This document shows, piece after piece, positions 1 through 13,648 of a DNA stretch of 64,000 bases (position 1 is the first letter of the stretch; the number at the start of each line of letters is the position of its first letter). Source of the DNA: Mytilus edulis (Eukaryota); contig NC_092357.1 in the NCBI RefSeq assembly GCF_963676685.1, positions 310,001 to 374,000 on the forward strand, written 5' to 3'. Under the pieces are notes generated by a model. That model was not told where the DNA came from. It made no database searches and worked only from the letters and a program-made list of their open reading frames with translations. The translations under genes and the position numbers were made by a program.

Positions 1-303
1 TAAACATAACATATCAGTAATAGCATTGCATACTTGATTACATGTATGGGAAGTTAAGTCGCCATCTGTGTTGCGGGTTCACAGATACTATACCTTCCAT
101 TTAGGTATAGTAACGTCCCCACCATACATATCAAGTATCTGCTAATACTGATATGAACTGAGTGAGATAGATCACTCAGTTGGACCGTGACCAAGTCTGT
201 GGACTGGACTTGGTCAGACCAAGGGTCAGACAGCGACCGAGTCGTGGTCCAATCCTTTCCTTTGTACCATGCATGAACTGAGTGAGCTCGATCACTCAGT
301 TCG

Positions 304-960
304 ATTTTAATTTGGGATGTTTTTAATTTTTATCCAAATTTTAATCGGGGATGTTTTAAATTTTTATCCATATTTTAATTGGGGATGTTTTTAACTTTTT
401 ATCCAAATTTTAATCGGGAATGTTTTAAATTTTTATCCATATTTTAATTGGGGATGTTTTTAACTTTTTATCTAAATTTTAATCGGGAATTTTTTGAATT
501 TTTATCCATATTTTAATTGGGGATGTTTTTAATTTCATCCAAATTTTAATCGGGGATGTTTTAAATTTTTATCCATATTTTAATTGGGGATGTTTTTAAT
601 TTTTATCCAAATTTTAATCGGGGATGTTTTTAATTTTTATCCATATTTTAATTGGGGATGTTTTTAATTTATATCCAAATTTTAATTGGGAATGTTTTAA
701 ATTTTTATCCATATTTTATTTGGGGATGTTTTTAACTTTTATCCAAATTTAATTGCAGAAGTTTTTATCTTTTGGGGATGTTTTTAATTTTTATCCAAAT
801 TTTAATTGGGGCTGTTTTAAATTTTTATCCATATTCTAATTGGGGATGTTTTTAACTTTTTATCCAAATTTAATTGCGAAAGTGTTTATCTTTTGGGGAT
901 GTTTTTAAAAGATAATTGGGGATTTATTTAACTTTTTATCTAAATTTTAATTGGGGATGG
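304..960. repeat. ~30-bp minisatellite (ATTTTAATTGGGGATGTTTTTAATTTTTATCCA-like) inside each macrosatellite unit; also ~3283-3700, ~8557-9080, ~11417-11645
   Basis: Directly visible tandem copies; the array length differs between units (longest in unit 1, shortest in unit 4). Confidence 0.95.
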
Positions 961-3900
961 GCTTTTTAATTTGTAAACTGGGTCAGTTTTTTTTTATATT
1001 GGCTGTATAAGTCATGCTTTAGTCAAATCAGAGACTCTAAAATTGGTACTCCAAAAGGAAGAGACTGGTGGTCACTGCGGCCATTTTTTTCGGTGAACTA
1101 GCACCTTAAAGTCCAGATAACCCTCAGGCCAGCTGGCTAGTACATTAGCAGACAGGTACTTTTGTACCATTTGGCATTTTTAAAACTTTTGGCAATTTTT
1201 AATTGAGACTATTTTCTTTCATTTATTTTAAAATATTTTTTACACCGTTTGATTAAATATATATATTTTGGCTTCAAAATGGTTATCCAAGGATAATTTC
1301 TTTAATTGAAATTTACATCACACATTTTGGCTTATTGTAACTTTGGCTGTTACCTTAATTTTCAAAATAATGATAACCATTTAATATTGAAATAAAAACT
1401 ACAACTCCAAATTGGCTCAATATTAAAAAAAATCATGTATATGTTGAAAAGTTTAGATCTTCTTTTCAGTATTGATTTTTTTCATTCTTCCATGCCTGGT
1501 ACTTCATGATTAAAATCTTTTCATCAACTAACACAATTTCATGGGGATATTTAACACACAGAGTAGGCTAACATAGGTGGTTAAGGTTGGTATGGATATG
1601 AGAGAAATGAAGGAAAGGTGAGGGTAAATAATGAGAGTGGTATGTATGGATATATGTTCTATAGGGAGAAAAAGGAAAATTGAGTAGATGAGGGTAATAT
1701 TGAGAGTTGTATGTAAAGTAGTTGGGGACAGAATGTTAATTTCTTTATAAGGGCTTGATGTACTGGTCTAATGGAAGTGCAGTTTTCTTTTTTCTCTTGT
1801 GTAGTTCTTATTTTCTTAAAAAATCTGGAGTAAACATTTTAACTTCTTAAAGTATTGCTGTCAGAAATTAACAAGTTAACAGCCTTTCTTGTTACTGATT
1901 ATGTGCTGCTTATAAATTAACAGTGTAGCACTTCTCAGTGACTAGATAGGGTTGCAGCTTTTCATCAATTTTAGCAGCATTATCTTACAGTTATAGATGC
2001 AGTGATCAACACACTTAACACCTGATTAATGTTTCTTTCATTCTGAGAAAATTTGCTTTCCAGTCTTTTATAAATTTCTTGGTCTAATGTTTCTTATGTA
2101 TCTTTGCTGTTAAGTTTGTAGTTCATTCTCATCATATGTGATTTTTATCAGTCTTAGAAGGCAGTAATAGTGTGAAGGGTGTATGTATCTAACATTTCAT
2201 GGTTAATTTCCAACAGTCAAATCAAGTCTGTAAGCATATGCTTTATTATACCAATTACAAGCAAAATACAAAATGGGTCACTAAGACATTTTACATTGGC
2301 ATACATCATTTTACATCCAAGACTCTTTTAAACTTTTCAAAAACAGCCTCGGTACTCCTGTCAGTGTTTGAAACAAAGCAAAGTGGAACTAGCTTACAGT
2401 GACCTTTTAACACCTACATCATGAAATAAGTACCTACTAATTTGTACTACTAGTACATAGTAATAACACTGTCTGTCATCTGACTCTTGTGTTACCTCGG
2501 ATCAAGAATATCGTGACCTGTTATGTTTTGTGCACAGTATACCTTTAAAATGAAGGTACATTTTCATTAGACAATAATCAACATTTGATAGTTATTTCAA
2601 AGATATGTGGAGGTAATCTGACTAGCATTTGTATGACATAAATGTGTCATTTTTCATGCAAAGACTTGCAAGGCAAAAAGAAGAACTATATTGCATTAGA
2701 TACCATAATCGTTTATTGGGAAAGACTGTACTTTGACATTTTCATAGCTTTCTTTTGGTTTTACTCTATTGTTGAGTTACTGTCGCATTGTATTTACCCA
2801 AACGGTGACATATTCTTGGATCCTTTTGAAAACCTTCAAGGAAACCAACTAAAACTGGACTACTGAGTACATTTGTACTTTAATAAAAAAAAATCACTTC
2901 TTACCACAGGAAACTTGGATGAAATGTTTTTATTTTAATTGTTGTGGTAGGTTTTTCAGTAGTTATTTTATAAACATAACATATCAGTAATATCATTGGA
3001 TACTTGATTACATGTATGGGAAGTTAAGTCGCCATCTGTGTTGCGGGTTCACAGATACTATACCTTCCATTTAGGTATAGTAACGTCCCTACCATACATA
3101 TCAAGTATCTGCTAATACTGATATGAACTGAGTGAGATAGATCACTCAGTTGGACCGTGACCAAGTCAACATGACCAAGTCTGTTGACTTGGTCAGACCA
3201 AGGGTCAGACAGCGACCGAGTCGTGGTCTAATCCTTTCCTTTGTACCATGCATGAACTGAGTGAGCTCGATCACTCAGTTCGATTTTACTTGGGGATGTT
3301 TTTAATTTTTATCTAAATTTTAATCGGGGATGTTTTAAATTTTTATCCATATTTTAATTGGGGATGTTTTTAACTTTTTATCCAAATTTTAATCGGGAAT
3401 GTTTTAAATTTTTATCCATATTTTAATTGGGGATGTTTTTAATGTTTATCCAAATTTTAATTGGGATGTTTTAAATTTTTATCCATATTTTAATTGGGGA
3501 TGTTTTTAACTTTTATCCAAATTAAATTGCGGAAGTTTTTATCTTTTGGGGATGTTTTTAATTTTTATCCAAATTTTAATCCGGGATGTTTTAAATTTTT
3601 ATCCATATCTAATTGCGTGAGTGTTTATCTTTTGGGGATGTTTTTAAAAGATAATTGGGGATGTATTTAACTTTTCATCTAAATTTTAATTGGGGATGGG
3701 CTTTTTAATTTGTTAACTGGGTCAGGGTTTTTTTATATTGGCTGTATAAGTCATGCTTTAGTCAAATCAGAGACTCTAAAATTGGTACTCCAAAAGGAAG
3801 AGACTGGTGGTCACTGCGGCCATTTTTTTCGGTGAACTAGCACCGTAAAGTCCAGATAACCCTCAGGCCAGCTGGCTAGTACATTAGCAGACAGGTACTG

Positions 3901-5704
3901 TTGTACCATTTGGCATTTTTTAAAACTTTTGGCAATTTTTAATTTAGACTATTTTCTTTCATTTATTTTAAAATATTTTTTACACCGTTTGATTAAATAG
4001 ATATATTTTAGCTTCAAAATGGTTATCCAAGGATAATTTCTTTAATTAAAATTTACATCACACATTTTGGCTTATTGTAACTTTGGCTGTTACCTTAATT
4101 TTCAAAATAATGATAACCATTTAATATTGAAATAAAAACTACAACTCCAAATTGGCTCAATATTAAAAAAAAATAATGTATATGTTGAAAAGTTTAGATC
4201 TTCTTTTCAGTATGGATTTTTTTCATTCTTCCATGCCTGGTACTTCATGATTAAAATCTGTTCATCAACTAACACAATTTCATGGGGATATTTAACACAC
4301 ATAGTAGGCTAACATAGGTGGTTAAGGTTGGTATGCATATGAGAGAAATGGAGGAAGGGTGAGGGTAAATAATGAGAGTGGTATGTATGGATATATGTTC
4401 TATAGGGAGAAAAAGGAAAATTGAGTAGATGAGGGTAATATTGAGAGTTGTATGTAAAGTAGTTGGGAACAGAATGTTAATTTTTTTATAAGGGCTTGAT
4501 GTACTGGTCTAATGAAAGCAGTTTTCTTTTTTCTCTTGTGTAGTTCTTATTTTCTTAAAAAATCTGGAGTAAACATTTTAACTTCTTAAAGTACTGCTGT
4601 CAAAAATTAAAAAGTTAACAGCCTTTCTTGTTACTGATTATGTGCTGCTTATAAATTAACAGTGTAGCACTTCTCAGTGACTAGATAGGGTTGCAGCTTT
4701 TCATCAATTTTAGCAGCATTATCTTACAGTTATAGATGCAGTGATCAACACACTTAACACCTGATTAATGTTTCTTTCATTCTGAGAAAATTTGCTTTCC
4801 AGTCTTTTATAAATTTCTTGGTCTAATGTTTCTTCTGTATCTTTGCTGTTAAGTTTGTAGTTCATTCTCATCATATGTGATTTTTATCAGTCTTAGAAGG
4901 CAGTAATAGTGTGTAGGGTGTATGTATTTAACATTTCATGGTTAATTTTCAACAGTCAAATCAAGTCTGTAAGCATATGCTTTATTATACCAATTACAAG
5001 CAAATTACAAAATGGGTCACTAAGACATTCTACATTGGCATACATCATTTTACATCCAAGCCTCTTTTAAACTTTTAAAAAACAGCCTCGGTACTCCTGT
5101 CAGTGTTTGAAACAAAGCAAAGTGGAACTAGCTTACAGTGACCTTTTAACACCTACATCATGAAATAAGTACCTACTAATTTGTACTACTAGTACATAGT
5201 AATAACACTGTCTGTCATCTGACTCTTGTGTAACCTCGGATCAAGAATATCGCGACCTGTTATGTTTTGTGCACAGTATACCTTTAAAATGAGTAACATT
5301 ATCATTAGACAATAATCAACATTTGATAGTTATTTCAAAGCTATGTGGAGGTAATCTGACCAGCATTTGTATGACATAAATGTGTCATTTTTCATACAAA
5401 GACTTACAAGGCAAAAAGAAGAACCATATTGCATTAGATACCATAATCGTTTATTGGGAAAGACTGTCCTTTGACATTTTCATAGCTTTCTTTTTGATTT
5501 TACTCTATTGTTGAGTTATTGTCGCATTGTATTTACCCAAACGGTGACATATTCTTGGATCCTTTTGAAAACCTTCAAGAAAACCAACTAAAACTGGACT
5601 ACTGAGTACATTTGTACTTTAATAAAAAAAAATATTTCACTTCTTACCACAGGAAACTTGGATGCAATGTTTTTATTTTAATTATTGTGGTAGGTTTTTC
5701 AGTA

Positions 5705-8247
5705 TAATAATAATATAATAATAATAATGATAAATTCTTTATTTAAAGAGGGTAAACACAGTTAGTTACAATTACTAATCTTCCCTGAGGCCCTCATATA
5801 CATGTATGCAATACAAGTAAAAACAAAATGATAATAATAAGAGAAAAAAGCAAACATACAACATATAAACACAATTGTTTAGACATAATAGTTCTATGTA
5901 CATGTACCATGATTAAAAGATATAAAACAGTTACAGATTGCATGTAGTAAATAGACATAGTATATACAAATCATTAAAATCATACAAGAGTAATAGTTGC
6001 AATCATTTCAGACTGAATATTGGGACTGTCTCAAGTATTGTTTTATAATTTGTTTAAAAGAATAAGTGTTTTGCACTTTACGCATTTCATAAGGTAGTCC
6101 ATTCCATAAAACTGATCCAGAATAAGCAAAAGATTTTTTAAACAGTTCAGTTTTTGGCTTTGGAACTATCAAATTACCTTGAGTAACACCCCTTAAAGCA
6201 TAAGGATTATTTACAGATATAAGTTGAAACTTTTGAATAAGGTACTGTGGTGCTTCTTTCCGCATACATTTAAATAGCAATAATATTTGTGGTATTTGAT
6301 TCTGTTTTCTACTGTCATCCATCCAAGTTCTTTAAATAAGGGGGCTGATGAGGATAATGGGTCTGCATCAAGAATTAATCTTGATGCTCTTTTTTGAAGT
6401 TTTAATATTCTTACTATCCCTTCATTTTTACATTCTCCCCAAATAATACAGCAGTAATCGATGAGAGGCAGAATATACCCATTATAATATGCTTTCCTGG
6501 CATTAATATATAAAAATTTCTTTAATTTAGAAAGAAGGTATATTCTTGATGAAATGCTAGCACAAATTTGATCAATTTGGTTTTTCCAGCTAAGTGTGCT
6601 GTCAATTTTAACACCTAATAATTTCTCACATGATGAATTTTGTAGTGTTTCTGAATTTATTACTAAATTTGGTTGAAAAGATTGGGTTGATAACTTCTGA
6701 CTTGTTCCAGTAACCAGACATTTAGTTTTTTTGGTATTGATGAACATATTATTCATTTTGCACCATTCTTCAACTTTGCATAAATCTTCTTGAACATCAT
6801 CATGTAAATTTTCAATACTTTTCCCGGATTTATGAAGAGTAGTATCATCAGCATACAAGTCTGTTTTACAATTTTTAATGCACAGGGGAAGGTCATTTAT
6901 AAATAAGACAAATAATAAAGGACCTAGTATAGATCCTTGGGGACACCAAATTTCACATCTTTGTTATCAGAATTAACATTGCAAATGTTTACTTGCTGTG
7001 TTCTATTACTTAGGTATGACCGGAAAAAACCTACTGCAGACTCACTGAATCCGTAAATAGCAAGCTTTAAGCAAAGAGTGTCATGATCTACAAGATCGAA
7101 TGCCTTTTTAAAGTCTAACAGTATTGCTAAGTTTAGATTACCATCATTCATTTTTTGCAGCCATTTGTCAATGATATCAATAAGTGCAGTTTAACAAGAA
7201 TGATGTGGCCTAAAACCTGATTGTGTAGGATGTAAAAGTTTAAATTTAGGCAAGTACTTATACATGTTATTTGAGACATGCCTTTCTAATACTTTTGATA
7301 GAGATGGAAGTACAGAAATTGGTCTGTAATTTGTTGCTAAAACCTTATCACCATCTTTGTAAACTGGTGTTACCTTAGCATTTTTCAGTAATGAGGGATA
7401 GATACCAGTATCTATCATTCTGTTGAATATATATGTGAGAGGAGAGGCAATACATGGGGCACTTATTTTAAGGATTTGGGGTCCAATATTATCAGTTCCT
7501 GATGATTTGTTTACATCAAGTTTAATTAACTCATCAAATAGCTCATTTATCTTTATTGGTGGTATGGTAAATTTCTCATGTTTTTGTTGTTTTAAATGAT
7601 TTTTTAATAAATTTGCTTATATTATTGAAATCTGCCTTGTCAACAGATGTAATGTCCCTTTGCTCTCTTAGTTCTTCAGCACAGGAAGTAAAAAAGCTAT
7701 TAAAAGTATCTGCTATAGATTTTTTATCAATTGTTGTTGTATTGTTCTCATCTGTAGCTAACTCATGTGGGGATTTTTTAAACTTTGGATTCAAGCTATG
7801 AAGGCATTTCCATAAAGATTTTGAGTCATTAGAGTCTTTTACCATGTTTTTATCATAGTTCTTTTTTTGAATTCTCTATTATTTGTTTAGTTTTATTTCT
7901 CCAAAATCTATATTCACTCCACAATCCAAGTGCATTATATTTATCCCTCATGTTCCTAGCATGTATAATTTCACTATTATACCAATCAGGTTGCCTATCC
8001 TTTTTAACTCTCTTTTCAACAACAGGAGCATGTTTATCTAAAACTTTGTTCAACATATCATAAAATAATTGGAGACAAACAGAAGGGTTGTCTTCAAATT
8101 CAATTTTATAAAAAGGTGTACTTTGTAGGTCTAAAAGAAATTCATTTTGATCAAATTTTTTGAAATTCCTGTATGTGATTGTACTGTGTGAATTCTTTTT
8201 GTCTTCATTAACTTCTTTCCTTGTTAAACAAATAGGATAATGGTCAC
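5705..8247 (-). mobile_element. 5'-truncated, frameshifted non-LTR retrotransposon (CR1/L2 group, Crack/Daphne-like) ORF2
   Basis: Minus-strand ORF pieces in order: end of APE endonuclease (SDHYPI), NYRPISVL, QSGFR, LDFKKAFD, GVP, YADD, C-terminal LWNGLP. The 3' end has AATAAA and a (TTA)n-type tail at ~5705-5730. It is inserted into the macrosatellite at CAG-TA-GTTATT, with TA on both sides. Confidence 0.92.
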
Positions 8248-11200
8248 TAGTTATTTTATAAACATAACATATCAGTAATAGCATTGGATACTTGATTACA
8301 TGTATGGGAAGTTAAGTCGCCATCTGTGTTGCGGGTTCACAGATACTATACCTTCCATTTAGGTATAGTAACGTCCCCACCATACATATCAAGTATCTGC
8401 TAAAACTGATATGAACTGAGTGAGATAGATCACTCAGTTGGACCGTGACCAAGTCTGTTGACTTGGTCAGACCAAGGGTCAGACAACGACCGAGTCGTGG
8501 TCTAATCCTTTTCTTTGTACCATGCACGAACTAACTGAGCTCGATCACTCAGTTCGATTTTACTTTGGGATGTTTTTTTTAATTTTTATCCAAATTTTAA
8601 TCGGGGATGTTTTAAATTTTTATCCATATTTTAATTGGGGATGTTTTTAACTTTTTATCCAAATTTTAATCGGGAATGTTTTAAATTTTTATCCATATTT
8701 TAATTTGGGATGTTTTTAACTTTTTATCCAAATTTTAATCGGGAATGTTTTAAATTTTTATCCATATTTTAATTGGGGATGTTTTTAATTTTATCCAATT
8801 TTTAATCGGGGATGTTTTAAATTTTTATCCATATTTTAATTGGGGATGTTTTTAACTTTTATCCAAATTTAATTGCGGAAGTTTTTATCTTTTGGGGATG
8901 TTTTTAATTTTTATCCAAATTTTAATCGGGGATGTTTTAAATTTTTATCCATATTTTAATTGGGGAGGTTTTTAACTTTTTATCCATATTTAATTGCGGA
9001 AGTGTTAATCTTTTGGGGATGTTTTTAAAAGATAATTGGGGATGTATTTAACTGTTTATCTAAATTTTAATTGGGGATGGGATTTTTAATTTGTTAATTG
9101 GGTCAGGTTTTTTTTATATTGGCTGTATAAGTCATGCTTTAGTCAAATCAGAGACTCTAAAATTGGTACTCCAAAAGGAAGAGACTGGTGGTCACTGCGG
9201 CCATTTGTTTCGGTGAACTAGCACCTTAAAGTCCAGATAACCCTCAGGCCAGCTGGCTAGTACATTAGCAGACAGGTACTTTTGTGCCATTTGGCATTTT
9301 TAAAACTTTTGGCAATTTTTAATTTAGACTATTTTCTTTCATTTATTTTAAAATATTTTTTACACCTTTTGATTAAATAGATATATTTTGGCTTCAAAAT
9401 GGTTATCCAAGGATAATTTCTTTAATTAAAATTTACATCACACATTTTGGCTTATAATAAATTTGGCTGTTACCTTAATTTTCAAAATAATGATAACCAT
9501 TTAATATTGAAATAAAAACTACAACTCCAAATTGGCTCAATATTAAAAAAAATCATGTATATGTTGAAAAGTTTAGATCTTCTTTTCAGTATTGATTTTT
9601 TTCATTCTTCCATGCCTGGTACTTCATGATTAAAATCTTTTCATCAACTAACACATTTTCATGGGGATATTTAACACACAGAGTAGGCTAACATAGGTGG
9701 TTAAGATTGGTATGGATATGAGAGAAATGGAGGAAGGGTGAGGGTAATTAATGAGAGTGGTATGTATGGATATATGTTCTATAGGGAGAAAAAGGAAAAT
9801 TGAGTAGATGAGGGTAATATTGAGAGTTGTATGTAAAGTAGTTGGGGACAGAATGTTAATTTCTTTATAAGGGCTTGATGTACTGGTCTAATGGAAGTGC
9901 AGTTTTCTTTGTTCTCTTGTGTAGTTCTTATTTTCTTAAAAAATCTGGAGTAAACATTTTAAATTCTTAAAGTACTGCTGTCAAAAATTAACAAGTTAAC
10001 AGCCTTTCTTCTAACTGGTTATGTGCTGCTTATAAATTAACAGTGTAGCACTTCTCAGTGACTAAATAGGGTTGCAGCTTTTCATCAATTTTAGCAGCAT
10101 TATCTTACAGTTATAGATGCAGTGATCAACACACTTAACACCTGATTAATGTTTTTTTCATTCTGAGAAAATTTGCTTTCCAGTCTTTTATAAATTTCTT
10201 GGTCTAATGTTTCTTCTGTATATTTGCTGTTAAGTTTGTAGTTCATTCTCATCATATGTGGTTTTTATTAGTCTTAGAAGGCGGTAATAGTGTGTAGGGT
10301 GTATGCATCTAACATTTCATGGTTAATTTCCAACAGTCAAATCAAGTCTACAAGCATATGCTTTATTATACCAATTACAAGCAAATTACAAAATGGGTCA
10401 CTAAGACATTCTACATTGGCATACATCATTTTACATCCAAGCCTCTTTTAAACTTTTCAAAAACAGCCTCGGTACTCCTGTCAGTGTTTGAAACAAAGCA
10501 AAGTAGAACTAGCTTACAGTGACCTTTTAACACCTACATCATGAAATAAGTACCTACTAATTTGTACTACTAGTACATAGTAATAACACTGTCTGTCATC
10601 TGACTCTTGTGTAACCTCGGATCAAGAATATCGTGACCTGTTATGTTTTGTGCACAGTATACCTTTAAAATGAAGGTACATTTTCATTAGACAATAATCA
10701 ACATTTGATAGTTATTTCAAAGCTATGTGGAGGTTATCTGACCAGCATTTGTATGACATAAATGTGTCATTTTTCATGCAATGACTTGCAAGGCAAAAAG
10801 AAGAACCATATTGCATTAGATACCATAATCGTTTATTGGGAAAGACTGTACTTTGACATTTTCATAGCTTCCTTTGGTTTTACTCTATAGTTGAGTTACT
10901 GTCACATTGTATTTACCCAAACGGTGACATACTCTTGGATCCTTTTGAAAACCTTCAAGGAAACCAACTAAAACTGGACTACTGAGTACATTTGTACTTT
11001 AATAAAAAAAAAAATATTTCACTTCTTACCACAGGAAACTTGGATGCAATGTTTTTATTTTAATTATTGTGGTAGGTTTTTCAGTAGTTATTTTATAAAC
11101 ATAACATATCAGTAATAGCATTGCATACTTGATTACATGTATGGGAAGATAGTCGCCATCTGTGTTGCGGGTTCACAAATACTATACCTTCCATTTAGGT

Positions 11201-13648
11201 ATAGTAACGTCCCCACCATACATATCAAGTATCTGCTAATACTGATATGAACTGAGTGAGATAGATCACTCAGTTGGATAGTGACCAAGTCAACATGACC
11301 AAGTCTGTTGACTTCTGTTGACTTGGTCAGACCAAGGGTCAGACAGCGACCGAGTCGTGGTCTAATCCTTTCCTTTGTACCATGTATGAACTGAGTGAGC
11401 GCGATCACTCAGGTCGATTTTACTTGGGGATGTTTTTAATTTTTATCCATATTCTAATTGGGGATGTTTTTAATTTTTATCCAAATTTTGATTGGGAATG
11501 TATTAAATTTTTATCCATATTTTAATTGGGGATGTTTTTAACTTTTATCCAAATTTAATTGCGGAAGTGTTTATCTTTTGGGGATGTTTTTAGAAGATAA
11601 TTGGGGATGTATTTAACTTTTTATCTAAATTTTAATTGGGGATGGGATTTTTAATTTGTTAACTGGGTCAGGTTTTTTTTTATATTGGCTGTATAAGTCA
11701 TGCTTTAGTCAAATCAGAGACTCTAAAATTGGTACTCCAAAAGGAAGAGACTGGTGGTAACTGCGGCCATTTGTTTCGGTGAACTAGCACCTTAAAGTCC
11801 AGATAACCCTCAGGCCAGCTGGCTAGTACATTAGCAGACAGGTACTTTTGTGCCATTTGGCAATTTTTAATTTAGACTATTTTCTTTCATTTATTTTAAA
11901 ATATTTTTTACACCTTTTGATTAAATAGATATATTTTGGCTTCAAAATGGTTATCCAAGGATAATTTCTTTAATTAAAATTTACATCACACATTTTGGCT
12001 TATTGTAACTTTGGCTGCGTTGCGTCGCCACCACAGGCATGTATCTCCAGTCAGCGCATTGACCACTTATGGGACGACGACATATCAAGGTGTATATATA
12101 TTGAATATATACTTCTAAAAGGGGTTCGAACTGTTGCTATAACTCTAACTGTTTAGGCTTCACAGAGACATAAAACTGATAAAAGTTCACACCCTGTTTA
12201 TTTCAGTAGTAAGGCACAACATGAATTTATGCAGTTTGACAATAGTGAATAATTATACTATAAACTTGTATGACATTATATAAACAGAAGAAGTCCCAAG
12301 AGGATACATAAAACTTATAAAGGTATGAGATTTATCAATCTCATAGGTAATATCATAGGTTACTTGCTATATTTCCGATGAGGTGCATAAACACCTGAGG
12401 TTCAATTGCACCTAAGGTTTAGGTTACGGTATATAAAGGAGGTGCGGTTGCACCAAGGTTCAATTAAGGTATATAAATAAGGTGTGATTGCACCAAGGTT
12501 CAGTTACAAAGTTCCTGTGCACCCGAGGTTCAAGTGACAGTATAAAAACATGGTGCTGTTGCACCAAGGTTTACAATTTAGTAATAAATGGTCATCTCTT
12601 ATCAAGCCGCATTGCCTCAGCAATGTATATACATTTTGCCTTATACGGTGCAGAGACACCGAAAATAGATCCAAACTTGGAAGCACCGTTAAATTTGAAT
12701 ACCGCTATAAACGGATTAAATGCAGTAAAAGAATCAGTTGATTGGTAAAATCAGCTAAATATAAAATGTAATTTATATTCATAACTTTTCTCTAACGGAT
12801 CAATAATTCACGGAACTATTAAATAAATACTAATGGACCCGGTGCAATTTACAGTTTGACTCCCGGTGCCAACAAAGTAAAAGAATGGTTTCTTTTAATA
12901 GAAACACTCAAGTTTATAAAGATACCTAAAAAGTCATAATTATATTAAACTATCATCGCTACATCTGAAGAAATATTCTGCTGCGACATATTAAAGAAAT
13001 AAACAAGTTAAACTTTATGCGACTAAAATTAACGTGTCTCAAGAAAGTGAACTGAGAAGAATGACGTCACGAGTACGCTGACGTCGCTTTATATATAGAA
13101 TAATATTAACCAATCAAATAATTCGGTTTGCGCAAAGATGGTGGTTCTGTGTATCCTCCGGGCACTTATGCACAATATTACAAATAATTCAGACTTCACA
13201 AAGGATCCACACCTAACTAGATGGATAAATAAATGTATTACAAAGTTAGTAATGCAAGATAAAAGTCGTGACATAATATAATGTAAGTGAAATTCCCAAT
13301 GGAAGTGGTTCGTGTCCCGACAAAAATGGACATTCTGAACTGCAAGTTAAAGGTGAAAGTAGACTAAAACTACAGTATGAGAGCTAATACATATATAAAT
13401 AAGTATTTAAACAATATAGAAGTACACAATTCTATGATTTCTACAACATCAAGTCATAATTATTACATAACGAGCGTAAACTACTAATTTTGGAGTCCCT
13501 TCAACATGCATAAACGACAAGGGAAGGTCTAAAACGCGGAAGTGGAAAACGCGGAAGTGAAAAATAGGTGTATTATAATTAATATCTCTGGAACCGCTTA
13601 AGCTAAATCGATAAATAAAACTGATTCTGAAAGCTATTATATTAGGCT

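Larger units (their letters stand above)
1..12017. repeat. Macrosatellite: tandem array of ~2.85-2.97 kb units (1-2970; 2971-5704 plus 8248-8258; 8259-11095; partial 11096-12017), continuing off the left edge
   Basis: TAAACATAACATATCAGTAAT recurs at 1, 2971, 8259 and 11096, followed by near-identical sequence. Length differences come mainly from the internal minisatellite. The last unit breaks off after TTGGCTG at 12017. Confidence 0.95.

Noticed and set aside
146-185. CTGATATGA/CTGAGTGA in the macrosatellite module as a hammerhead core
   Set aside because: The spacing does not match CUGANGA and there is no downstream GAAA.
304-960. ~30-bp repeats as a CRISPR array
   Set aside because: The repeats are contiguous with no unique spacers, there are no cas genes, and the context is eukaryotic.
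2199-11408. Short ORFs in the macrosatellite (2199-2402, 2642-2866, 8312-8527, 10319-10522, 11133-11408)
   Set aside because: They have no recognisable domains and are not kept open in all units.
12018-12085. Faint reverse-complement tRNA-Ser/Leu-like sequence at the array end
   Set aside because: No complete cloverleaf or T-loop/B-box could be built.
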